Shown: in pieces, positions 12,801 through 20,737 of the stretch
Layout: each line of letters opens with the position of its first letter
How positions within the stretch are numbered: position 1 is the stretch's first letter
Assembly (NCBI GenBank): GCA_037481835.1
Contig: JBBFKW010000005.1
Location: 128,001 to 192,000, forward strand
Source: Desulfosoma sp.
GTDB lineage: Bacteria > Desulfobacterota > Syntrophobacteria > Syntrophobacterales > DSM-9756
Reading direction: 5' to 3'
DNA: 64,000 bases
Notes under the pieces: model-generated
The model's database searches: none
The model's input: only the letters and a program-made list of their open reading frames with translations
What the model was told of the DNA's origin: nothing
Translations under genes and position numbers: made by a program

Positions 12801-14310
12801 AGGGATCCGTCATGAGTCCCACGGCGGCGATGACGCTATCGATATTCACCTGGTATTCGGATCCCGCCACCGGGATGGGCCGGCGACGACCGCTTTCATC
12901 CGGCGGCCCCAGTTCCATGCGGATGCATTCGATGGCCGTCACATGGCCTTCGGCGTTTCCGTGAATGGCCACGGGTGCCGCAAGGAAATGCATCTGCACG
13001 CCCTCTTCCAGCGCCTCTTCCACTTCCTCCTGATTGGCCGGCATTTCGTCCCGGCTTCTGCGGTAAAAGAGGTGGACTTCTTCCAGTCCCAAGCGAAGGC
13101 ACGAGCGGGCCACGTCCATGGCGCAGTTGCCGCCGCCGATGACGGCCACCTTTCGGCCCACGGGAGGTCTTTGGCCCATGTTCAGCTGCTTGAGAAAACT
13201 CGTCCCTGTGTACACTTCTTGGAGGTTTTCGCCGGGGATGTTGAGTTTGAGGTCCGTCTGGGTGCCGATGGCGAGGAAAAACGCGTCGTAGCCTTGCCGG
13301 CGCAGATCTTCCAGCTGGAAATCCCGCCCCAGGGCCGTGTTGGTTCGGATTTCCACGCCGACTTTTTGGATGTAATCGATTTCCGCCTTCAACACATGGC
13401 GCGGCAGGCGATATTCGGGAATGCCGTACCGGAGCCACCCTCCCGGTTCGGGCATGGCCTCGAAGATGGTGACAGAGTAGCCTTTCAGCGCCAGGTAATA
13501 GGCCGCCGTCAAACCGGCCGGCCCCGCCCCCACAACGGCCACCCGACGCCCGTTGGGGTCCTTTTTGGGCGGCGCAGGCCCCTCGCCCGTTCGGGCTTCC
13601 CAGTCACACACGAACCTCTTGAGAAAATCGATGGCCACAGGCTCATCCACCGTGCCACGGCTGCACACCGTTTCACAGGGATGGTGGCACACACGGCCGC
13701 ACACCGCCGGCAAAGGATTGTCTTTGCGGATGAGATCGAGGGCCTCCCGGTAGCGGCCTTGGGCGATGAGGGCCACATAGCCCTGGACACTGATCCCCGC
13801 GGGGCAGGCCGCCTTGCACGGCGCCATGCCCTTCTTGTCGATGGCGAAAGTGGAAGGGATGGCTTGGGGGAAATGCCGGTAAATGGCTTTACGTTTCCCC
13901 AGCCCTTGGTCGAAGTCGGCCGGCAGTTCAACCGGGCACACGCGCAGACATTCTCCGCAGGCCGTGCACCGGTCTTCCAGAACGTAACGGGGTTCCCGCC
14001 GCAGGGTGACCCGGAATCGCCCCGGTTCCCCGTCCAGCTCGGTGACCTGGGTTCGTGTGAGGATGTCGATGTTCGGATGGCTCGCCACCTCGATGAGTTT
14101 GGGCGAGATCATGCAGGTGGAGCAGTCGTTGGTGGGAAACGTCTTGTCCAGTTTGGCCATGTTGCCGCCGATGCTGATGTCCCTTTCGACGAGAAGGACG
14201 CGGTAGCCGCTGTTGGCCAAATCCAGGCTCGCCTGCATGCCGGCGATGCCGCCTCCGATGACCATGACCGATCCGCTGACGGATTGCGTTGATGCCGCCT
14301 GAGCGCTCAT
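9802..14310 (-). CDS. hdrL: HdrL-type protein: HdrA with an inserted GltD/NfnB-like FAD/NAD(P) module
   Basis: LDKTFPTNDCSTC (HdrA); inserted NPLPAVCGRVCHHPCE, GAGPAG, YGIPEYRLP, GGGNCAMD, YRRS (GltD-like); VFVCHCGINI, VASCSPRTHE, NIRDQCSWVH. Confidence 0.92.
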   Translation of the reverse strand: MSAQAASTQSVSGSVMVIGGGIAGMQASLDLANSGYRVLLVERDISIGGNMAKLDKTFPTNDCSTCMISPKLIEVASHPNIDILTRTQVTELDGEPGRFRVTLRREPRYVLEDRCTACGECLRVCPVELPADFDQGLGKRKAIYRHFPQAIPSTFAIDKKGMAPCKAACPAGISVQGYVALIAQGRYREALDLIRKDNPLPAVCGRVCHHPCETVCSRGTVDEPVAIDFLKRFVCDWEARTGEGPAPPKKDPNGRRVAVVGAGPAGLTAAYYLALKGYSVTIFEAMPEPGGWLRYGIPEYRLPRHVLKAEIDYIQKVGVEIRTNTALGRDFQLEDLRRQGYDAFFLAIGTQTDLKLNIPGENLQEVYTGTSFLKQLNMGQRPPVGRKVAVIGGGNCAMDVARSCLRLGLEEVHLFYRRSRDEMPANQEEVEEALEEGVQMHFLAAPVAIHGNAEGHVTAIECIRMELGPPDESGRRRPIPVAGSEYQVNIDSVIAAVGLMTDPSVIDAMEPESRPMVSRWGTFVVDPVTYETNRPGVFAGGDVTSGPATVVQAIAAGKEVAESIDRYLRGVDLREGRFVPSRTAPCPDKPVPKAPRSPMPRLEMPERIRSFEEVQLGFDEETARSEAQRCLQCGVCSECYRCVDACLPQAIDHTMQPREETVEVGAILYACGFTPFDAAQKAEYGYGRYPNVITSLEYERILAASGPTGGHVKRPSDGAVPKKMAWIQCVGSRDASIGRDYCSSVCCMYATKQAIVTKDHEPDVETTIFYIDLRAMGKGFERYWDRAQSQHGVRYVRCQISRIVETVDGHNLEIAYVDENNTLQRDVFDMVVLSVGLVPSDGAKETARRLGTDLDRFGFIVSDPLDPVQTSRPGVFSCGVSTDPKDIPETVAQASAAAASAQCLLAAARHTCTTPPVFIQERSLPGDIPRIGVFVCHCGINIAGVVDVKAVAAYAATLPNVVHAENLLFSCSTDSTEKIKKIIQEKNLNRVVVASCSPRTHEPLFQECLREAGVNKYLFEMANIRDQCSWVHGASPEEATEKAKDLVRMAVAKALFLEPLHEMPVAVTQKALVVGGGMAGMTAARHLADQGFFTYLVEREPDLGGQARAWMRFHPSGIDVTQEVLRAIETVRNHPQIEVLTQTEILSFEGHTGHFLSRVKSPQGERTLEYGALIVATGAEEYQPREYGYGSDPRVLTQLQLQKILAEEPSRIRGLSHVVMIQCVGSRDEQRPYCSRVCCTAAVANALRIKEIHPEAHVTVLYRDIRTFGTRELLYRKAREAGVRFFRYRPEEKPEVFFEDAAVRIQLFDQNLRVPIRLRADFLVLSAAVVPRATNAALAGLFKLSTDADGFFMEAHVKLRPLDFASPGLYLCGLAHSPKFLEESIAQAKGAAARAATVLSKENLYVGGRVAVVDPAKCAVCLTCVRTCPYEVPVVVTPTTAVRRSAYIDPAKCQGCGACVAECPGKAIQLQHFTDVQLLHKAIAAVCREADADRTRAAGQKQ

Positions 14311-14371
14311 GACGCCTCCCTATCGCCTCGACGGTGATCTTTTCGAAGCTCTGTCCAAAGTGGCGCAATGC

Positions 14372-15226
14372 TCATAAGCCCACGGATGCGAGCAAGGGCT
14401 CGGGATCCGCCACGTGCCGGCTGATCCAGTCCCGAGCGCTGCGTTCGCCGAGGGCGAGGCCGATGAGGTCCGTGAAATAGAAAACGGGCATGGGCAGATG
14501 GAGCTGGTGTTCTCGAGCGATGCGTTCCTGATAGAGATCCAAGTTGGCATGGCACATCTGGCAGGAAACGACCACACAGTTGGCGCCTTGATCCAAAGCC
14601 CGCCGGAAGAGTTTGCCCACCAGGGCCGTCACCAGATCGGGCCGGGCCACGGCGTGGCTGGCGCCGCAGCAGTCCGTCTTGAAAGGCCAATCCAAGACCT
14701 TCGCCCCGACGGCCTGAACGAGCCGATCCATGGTGGTGGGGTTCTCCCACGCCTGGGCGTCGGTCACCTTGGGCGGCCGGTTGACCATGCAGCCGTAATA
14801 ACAGACGGCACGCAACCCTTCCAGGGGCCTCACGACCTGCCGTTCGATCTCGGCCACAATTTCGGGGCGACCGAAGTATTCCACGAGGTCCCAGACCCGC
14901 ACGGTGGAGCCTTCCGCAGCGGAAGGATCCTGAGGGGCCTTTTTTTTCAGAGCCTTTTCCGCCGTTTTTAAGCGGTTGAAACAGAGGGCGCACGGGGCCG
15001 CCAGGTCCTCAAGACCCTGCTTTTGGGCCAGGATGAGATTGCGGGCCGGCAAGGCGATGGCCAGGTCGTAGTCCAAGCTGTGGGCCGCCGTCGCACCGCA
15101 GCAGCTCCAATCGTCCAGTTCCACGAGCTCGATCCCGAGCCGCCCGCAGACACCCTCGATGGAGGCCGCGTAATCCCGTGCCGTCCCTTCCAAGGAACAT
15201 CCCGGATAATAACCGAGCGTCGGCAT
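14372..15226 (-). CDS. hdrB: Heterodisulfide reductase subunit B
   Basis: YYPGCSL, WSCCGA, YYGC, DCCGAS, SCQMC (two CCG domains). Confidence 0.93.
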   Translation of the reverse strand: MPTLGYYPGCSLEGTARDYAASIEGVCGRLGIELVELDDWSCCGATAAHSLDYDLAIALPARNLILAQKQGLEDLAAPCALCFNRLKTAEKALKKKAPQDPSAAEGSTVRVWDLVEYFGRPEIVAEIERQVVRPLEGLRAVCYYGCMVNRPPKVTDAQAWENPTTMDRLVQAVGAKVLDWPFKTDCCGASHAVARPDLVTALVGKLFRRALDQGANCVVVSCQMCHANLDLYQERIAREHQLHLPMPVFYFTDLIGLALGERSARDWISRHVADPEPLLASVGL

Positions 15227-15246
15227 AGCTTCTCCTTCGGCAGGGT

Positions 15247-15867
15247 TCAGGAATCGGAAGACTGCATCGTGTTTTCGGACGACGCAGGGCTTTTTTCAAA
15301 AAGGCGATGCACATCGTGGACGTTGCGGACTCCTCGGGGCCACAGGGGGAGCCGGCCGCGTCGCAAGAGGGCCAGGCCCAAACGCACTTCATCCCACAGG
15401 GTGCCTTCGGAAAGCTTGACCTTCCAGGCGCCGCTGGACAGCATGTAGCGCTGCAGAAGGCCCGTTTCGAAGACACGGCCGCGCCGGCCGATGTCGTCCA
15501 AAAAAGCCCTGTGAAAGGCGTAGGACAGGTTTTCCTTGGGCCGGACGAGCCCTCGGGCGTGGGCTTGCTGTTTCAGGTAGTCCATGAGCCCGGCGATGTC
15601 GATTTCGTTGGGGCAGCGCGTCGTGCACGTCTCGCAGGAGGAACACACCCATATGGTGGCGCTGGAAAGGACCTTGTCTTCCAACCCCATGAGCAGGTAG
15701 CGCACGATCTGATCCGGGTAATAGTCCATGGCGAAAGTCAGAGGGCATCCGCTGGTGCATTTGCGGCACTGATAGCACAGCTCGGGGCTGATCCCGCTCA
15801 AGGCCCGGACCTTGCCGGTCACCTCGTAGTCCGGTTCCAGGAACACCACGTCCCCACGGTCTTCCAT
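15247..15867 (-). CDS. hdrC: Heterodisulfide reductase subunit C
   Basis: CYQCRKCTSGCP and WVCSSCETCTTRCP; upstream of hdrB. Confidence 0.92.
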   Translation of the reverse strand: MEDRGDVVFLEPDYEVTGKVRALSGISPELCYQCRKCTSGCPLTFAMDYYPDQIVRYLLMGLEDKVLSSATIWVCSSCETCTTRCPNEIDIAGLMDYLKQQAHARGLVRPKENLSYAFHRAFLDDIGRRGRVFETGLLQRYMLSSGAWKVKLSEGTLWDEVRLGLALLRRGRLPLWPRGVRNVHDVHRLFEKSPASSENTMQSSDS

Positions 15868-15884
15868 AGCGCACCTCCCGGCAC

Positions 15885-15917
15885 AAAAAAAGAGAACGGG
15901 ACAAAAGTCCCGTTCTC
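15885..15917 (-). terminator. Intrinsic terminator-like hairpin immediately upstream of hdrC
   Basis: Minus strand GAGAACGGGAC-TTTT-GTCCCGTTCTC-TTTTTTT (11 bp perfect stem plus U7). Confidence 0.75.
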
Positions 15918-15973
15918 AACGAGGGGAAAAGCGACACAACAACGAAACGCCGGCCTCCACAGACGCATGCACG

Positions 15974-16882
15974 CTAGGGTGCGAGAAACTCCGCCACCAA
16001 CCGATCCCACGTGAGATGCGGCACACTGCCATAGATGTCCTCGACCACCTCACCACCGGTTGCCGCCAGAGGAAGTTCGGAATCCGGAGCCACCAAGGCT
16101 TCCAACCGGTGCACTTCCGCCGTAAGCCAGCTTCGAGCCGCCTCATCGGCGTAAAGCTCCGCCAGGTCTCGCTTGAGATGGCGCGGTTCGACGACCACCA
16201 GCCACCCTTCGCCATAAGGATCCTCTTTGATAATCTGGGGGTTGTCGGAGGCTTTATGGTTTACCGCAACGACCACGCCGTCCATGGGGGCCACAAGCGG
16301 CGCGATCTTTTCTTCCCGCCGAAACGTCCACGCCGGTTTGTTTCCTTCCACGTGCACGCCCAACTTGGGTAACCGTACATGGGTAACATATCCTAACAAG
16401 TGCATGGTGAAATCATCAACACCAAATCGCACCAGCCCCCCATGTTCCACCCGCGCCCAGGTGTGACGGGGGTGGTAAGAGTAGCCGTCGGCGAGCCGGA
16501 ACCCGGAAACCTCGTGCAGCGGCGGCCGGCCGATAAGTTCCGTCGTGGAGCGGCTTTCCAGGATCTGGTCGAATTCGCACTGGGCGCATTCGTAAGCGTT
16601 GCCGCACAAACGCATGGGAACGCGACCGGTCAGCGCATGCCGGCATTCCTTTTGGTTATAGGTTTTTTCTTGATAGGCGGACCGCCACGCGCGAAAATGC
16701 GGATCACCGGCATCCACTCTCTCGGACATGGCTTTGTCAAAGGCACACGTCAGGCAATCGTAGGCGTTGTCGCAGAGTTTGAAATTGATGACGCCGGCCT
16801 TCATCCACACGCACGGATGATCCCCCTCGAGCCCGAAGACTCGAACTTTCGCCTTTTTTTCTTTCATGGACGCAACCTTCAT
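15974..16882 (-). CDS. GcvH-like protein with two N-terminal Cys4 repeats
   Basis: YHPRHTWARV, RFGVDDF, APMDGVVVAVN, DPYGEGWL (H-protein fold); AAGGAGG RBS. Confidence 0.85.
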   Translation of the reverse strand: MKVASMKEKKAKVRVFGLEGDHPCVWMKAGVINFKLCDNAYDCLTCAFDKAMSERVDAGDPHFRAWRSAYQEKTYNQKECRHALTGRVPMRLCGNAYECAQCEFDQILESRSTTELIGRPPLHEVSGFRLADGYSYHPRHTWARVEHGGLVRFGVDDFTMHLLGYVTHVRLPKLGVHVEGNKPAWTFRREEKIAPLVAPMDGVVVAVNHKASDNPQIIKEDPYGEGWLVVVEPRHLKRDLAELYADEAARSWLTAEVHRLEALVAPDSELPLAATGGEVVEDIYGSVPHLTWDRLVAEFLAP

Positions 16883-16925
16883 GGGGTAACCCTCCTTTCC
16901 GGGGTGATGGGTTACCCCAAAGGAA

Positions 16926-16941
16926 AGCATGGAGCGTGCCA
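16926..16941 (-). promoter_or_regulatory. sigma54 (-24/-12) promoter
   Basis: Minus strand TGGCACG-CTCC-ATGCT with exact GG-N10-GC spacing; a sigma54 activator is encoded divergently. Confidence 0.85.
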
Positions 16942-17032
16942 GGCGAGCTCGAAACGACCCGGAAAAACCGTGGGGCTTGGAAGAACAAGAAAAGGCACGC
17001 TTTGGAGGAGGCCGGCCGGGCCTTTCGGGCTA

Positions 17033-17069
17033 TGGTGAAAGAAACAACACCGTGTTGTTTTTTTAGGCA
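17033..17069. promoter_or_regulatory. Candidate upstream activator site (UAS)
   Basis: Perfect dyad AAACAACAC-C-GTGTTGTTT (17042-17060), about 100-120 bp from the -24 box. Confidence 0.5.
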
Positions 17070-17126
17070 GGGGTCCGGCGCTCCGAGGTGCGAAAGCCCC
17101 GGAGTGCCAAGGGAGGAGGGAGTTCC

Positions 17127-18644
17127 ATGAAGGGGCAGGCCAAGGATCGGCCGATGCGCATCGCCGTCATCGGAGGAGGCCGGCGGTGCAAGGCGTTTTT
17201 GGAAATGATGGATGCTCGGCGCTTTCCCGGGCTTCGGGCCCAGATCGTCGCCGTCGCCGATCCCAACGAAGAGGCGGTGGGCGTCCAGCTGGCCCGATCC
17301 CTGGGTATTTTCGTGACCAAGGACTACAAGGACTTTTACAAGATCCCCAATCTGGATCTGGTCATTCAGCTCACCGGCAAGGAAGAACTCCTCGAGGATT
17401 TCATCAAACACAGCCCGGCCAAGGTCCGCGTGCTCGAAGCGGCCATCTCCCGCCTTTTCGGGGATATCATCCGCTTTCAGGAAGAATCCCTGCTGCGGGA
17501 GCGCCAGCTGGAACTGGTGGAAGGGATCGTGGAAAGCATGTTTTCCAGCATTCGAGACCGGGTGCTCATCATGCAGCCCGACCGCAAGATTGTGGATGCC
17601 AATCGAGCCTTCCTCGATTGGGTCGGGATCAGCAAAGAGGAGATCCTCGGGAAATTTTGCCACCAGATCACGCACCGGTCCTTGGACCCTTGCCATCACA
17701 AGGATTTTCACTGCCCTTTGGAAGAAAGTCTTCAGACGGGAAGCACCGGCCATGCGATCCACGAGCACTACGACAGGAACAACGAGGTGCGCTACTGCGA
17801 AATCACCACCGTGCCGCTGAAAAGCCCTGACGGCGCCGTGGAACTGGTCCTGGAAATCCAAAGAGACATCACGGACGAGCTGGAACAGAAGCTGGAACAA
17901 AAAACCCGGGCCCTCAAAAGGGACCTGGCCCGCCTGATCCACGAAGACAAGATGATCGCCTTGGGGAAGCTCGTGGCCAGCGCCGTGCACGAAATCAACA
18001 ATCCTCTTTCGGGCATCCACGCTCTCGCGCGGCTCATGCGCCGACAGCTGGACGAGGGCCTGTCCCCGTCAGAGCTGGACCAGTTCAAGTTCTACCTCCA
18101 GCTCATCGACACCGAATCGGCGCGCTGCAGCGCCATTGTGTCCAACCTCCTTTCGTTCGCCCGCCAGCAGAAGTTGGAACGGCGCCCGTTCGATGTGAAC
18201 CGGATCATCCAAAACGTGGTGATGTTGAGCCGGCATCGCATGGAACTGCAGCATGTGACCTTGAAGCTGGAACTGGAAGAGGGATTGCCTGAAATCCAGG
18301 GGGATCCGGGGCAGATCCAGCAGTGTTTTATCAATTTGATCTTCAATGCCATGGAAGCCATGCCGGAAGGCGGGCGCTTGACCATTCGATCCGCCTTGGA
18401 CTCCAAGCGCCGCGAAGTGCGCGTGGAAGTGGAAGACACGGGCGTGGGCATTCCCAAGGAGTTGCTGTCCCAGATCTTCGAGCCCTTTTTCAGCACCAAG
18501 AGCCAAGACAAGGGGGTGGGGCTTGGCCTTTCCGTCGTCTATGGTATCGTGAAGCAGCATCGGGGTGTCATCTACGTCAAGAGTGAGGTGGGGAAGGGTT
18601 CGTGCTTCATCGTTCGCTTTCCCATCACGTCTGAAACTTCCTGA
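17127..18644 (+). CDS. Cytoplasmic histidine kinase (Rossmann-like + PAS + HisKA/HATPase)
   Basis: RIAVIGGG, IVAVAD N-terminus; HEINNPL H-box; N, G1 (EDTGVGI), F (FEPFFSTK) and G2 (GVGLGL) boxes; no TM segment seen. Confidence 0.92.
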   Translation: MKGQAKDRPMRIAVIGGGRRCKAFLEMMDARRFPGLRAQIVAVADPNEEAVGVQLARSLGIFVTKDYKDFYKIPNLDLVIQLTGKEELLEDFIKHSPAKVRVLEAAISRLFGDIIRFQEESLLRERQLELVEGIVESMFSSIRDRVLIMQPDRKIVDANRAFLDWVGISKEEILGKFCHQITHRSLDPCHHKDFHCPLEESLQTGSTGHAIHEHYDRNNEVRYCEITTVPLKSPDGAVELVLEIQRDITDELEQKLEQKTRALKRDLARLIHEDKMIALGKLVASAVHEINNPLSGIHALARLMRRQLDEGLSPSELDQFKFYLQLIDTESARCSAIVSNLLSFARQQKLERRPFDVNRIIQNVVMLSRHRMELQHVTLKLELEEGLPEIQGDPGQIQQCFINLIFNAMEAMPEGGRLTIRSALDSKRREVRVEVEDTGVGIPKELLSQIFEPFFSTKSQDKGVGLGLSVVYGIVKQHRGVIYVKSEVGKGSCFIVRFPITSETS

Positions 18645-18660
18645 GAGGGCGGGAACCGTC

Positions 18661-20010
18661 ATGGCGGGGCGTTTCAAGATCCTAGTGGCCGACGACGAGC
18701 TCATTGTCCGGGAATCTCTGGTGGCCTGGCTGAAAAAAGGAGGCTATCAGGTGGAGGCCGCCTCCGGTGGCCGCGAAGCCTTGGAGTCCCTGGAGAAAGC
18801 GGCCTACGACTTGGTTTTTCTCGACATCAAAATGCCGGACATGAACGGCATCGAAGTCCTCAAGGTAGTCAAACAGCGTTACCCCGGGACCATGGTGGTC
18901 ATGATCACGGCCTACGGGTCCGTGGAAAACGCGGTGGAAGCCATGAAGCTGGGGGCCAACGACTACCTCATGAAACCCTTCGAACCGGAACAACTGGCCC
19001 TCCTGGTGGAAAAACTCCTGCAGCACAAGAAGCTCATCGACGAAAACATTCTCCTTCGGGAGCAGATGGCCACGGCGGCGGTGGAGCGCTACCAGGACAT
19101 GATCGGCGCGTCCCCCGCCATGCAGGCTCTCTTCGAGATGCTGGAAAAAGTGGCTGCCGTGGATTCCCCCGTCCTCATCAAGGGCGAAACGGGTACGGGA
19201 AAGGAACTGGTGGCCAAGGCCATCCATGCGCGCAGTTCCCGCCGGTATGGTCCCTTCATTGCCATCAACTGCGGCGCCTTCACGGAAAGTCTCCTGGAGA
19301 GTGAACTCTTCGGCCATGAAGTGGGCTCCTTTACGGGCGCCGTCAAGGCCAAGAAGGGCCGTTTGGAGTTGGTTCGAGGGGGGACCTTGTTTCTCGACGA
19401 AGTGGGGGAAATCCCCATGAAAATGCAAGTGGATCTGCTGCGCGTGCTGGAGGAACGAAGGATCCACCGGGTCGGAGGCACTCGGGACATCCCTGTGGAT
19501 TTCCGCCTGATCTCGGCCACCCACCGGGATCTTTCCAAGGCCATGGAAGAAGGCCACTTTCGCCGGGATTTCTACTTTCGGCTGAACGTGGTGGAATTGG
19601 AGGTGCCCCCGCTGAGGGCTCGACGGGAAGACATCCCCCTTTTGGCCGATTTTTTTCTGCGCCGATTCCGAAAGGAAACCAACAAGCCGGTGGAAGGCCT
19701 GGACAAGAAGGCGGTGGAACTGCTCTGCGCTTACGAATGGCCCGGGAACGTGCGCGAGTTGGAAAACGCCGTGGAGAGGGCCGTGGTTTTGGCAAAAGGA
19801 AGGATCCTCACGGAAGACGATTTCGCCTTCTTGAAAAGAGCCGTGGGGACCGTGGAACCCCAATCTTTGGAAGATATGGAAAGACTGCATATCCAGCGCA
19901 TCCTCACCCTATGCCGGGGAAACATCAGTCAGGCCGCACGGATTCTCAAGATCAACCGCACCACGCTTCACCACAAGATCAAAAAGTACGGCATACCGGG
20001 GAGCGCGTGA
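18661..20010 (+). CDS. NtrC-family sigma54-dependent response regulator
   Basis: REC (ADDE, LDIKMP), GETGTGKE, GSFTGA, LFLDEV, WPGNVRELEN, Fis-type HTH. Confidence 0.96.
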   Translation: MAGRFKILVADDELIVRESLVAWLKKGGYQVEAASGGREALESLEKAAYDLVFLDIKMPDMNGIEVLKVVKQRYPGTMVVMITAYGSVENAVEAMKLGANDYLMKPFEPEQLALLVEKLLQHKKLIDENILLREQMATAAVERYQDMIGASPAMQALFEMLEKVAAVDSPVLIKGETGTGKELVAKAIHARSSRRYGPFIAINCGAFTESLLESELFGHEVGSFTGAVKAKKGRLELVRGGTLFLDEVGEIPMKMQVDLLRVLEERRIHRVGGTRDIPVDFRLISATHRDLSKAMEEGHFRRDFYFRLNVVELEVPPLRARREDIPLLADFFLRRFRKETNKPVEGLDKKAVELLCAYEWPGNVRELENAVERAVVLAKGRILTEDDFAFLKRAVGTVEPQSLEDMERLHIQRILTLCRGNISQAARILKINRTTLHHKIKKYGIPGSA

Positions 20011-20612
20011 GGGTGGCCGAAGAACGGGATGCGGTGGCCTTGCACGGGTTTCGGGCGATGATCGGCGTCGTTCCCATGGGCGACGTGGGAGACGTGGCCG
20101 TGCGCATCGTGGCCGCCCATCTCCAGGCCGTTCTGGGCCTGAGTGCCGACGTCCTGGAGCGACGGCCGCTGAACGACGCCTGCTATGTGCCGGATCGGCG
20201 GCAATACGACGCCGCCAAACTTATCGCTTCCTTGAACGACTGCAGTGCGCCGTGGCCTTATTTGAAAATTGTGGCCGTGGTGTCCGTGGATCTGGGGGTG
20301 CCCATCCTGCGGTTCGTTTTCGGGGAAGCCCAGATGGGAGGGCGCTGCGCCGTGGTTTCCGGCTACCGGCTTCGCCGCAACGAGGACGGCACCGACGCCG
20401 GGTTGGAACTCTATTACGAGAGGTTGGCCAAGGTGGCCTTGCACGAAGCGGCGCACACCTTGTCGCTTTTTCATTGTGAGGATTCCCGGTGCCTCATGCA
20501 TTTCGCCGCATCCCCCAAGCACCTGGACCGCATTCGATTGTTTTTTTGCCCGCGGTGTGCGTTTCTTCTCAAAGAAACGCTGAAAAGCCTCGCCCTTTCG
20601 GCTGGACCATAA
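20007..20612 (+). CDS. Archaemetzincin-family Zn metalloprotease
   Basis: RRQYDA, FVFGEA, HEAAHTLSLFHC-x4-CLM...CPRC; GTG start overlaps the regulator stop (start uncertain). Confidence 0.85.
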   Translation: MRVAEERDAVALHGFRAMIGVVPMGDVGDVAVRIVAAHLQAVLGLSADVLERRPLNDACYVPDRRQYDAAKLIASLNDCSAPWPYLKIVAVVSVDLGVPILRFVFGEAQMGGRCAVVSGYRLRRNEDGTDAGLELYYERLAKVALHEAAHTLSLFHCEDSRCLMHFAASPKHLDRIRLFFCPRCAFLLKETLKSLALSAGP

Positions 20613-20637
20613 AAGAGGTGCGGCGCGTGAAGGCGCC

Positions 20638-20666
20638 TTGACAACAAAAAGCCCATTGGATATAGG
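20638..20666 (+). promoter_or_regulatory. Putative sigma70 promoter of mvhD-metV-metF
   Basis: TTGACA-17 bp-TATAGG. Confidence 0.55.
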
Positions 20667-20737
20667 TTGATCTGTGAAAATTGTCTCATTACCTGTGCCG
20701 CCTGTGCCATCGAGGGAACCCCCGCAGCGAGTGTTCG

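Noticed and set aside
11308..14292. 994-aa plus-strand ORF (likewise 7595-9325)
   Set aside because: Antisense shadows of hdrL/hdrA caused by high-GC codon bias
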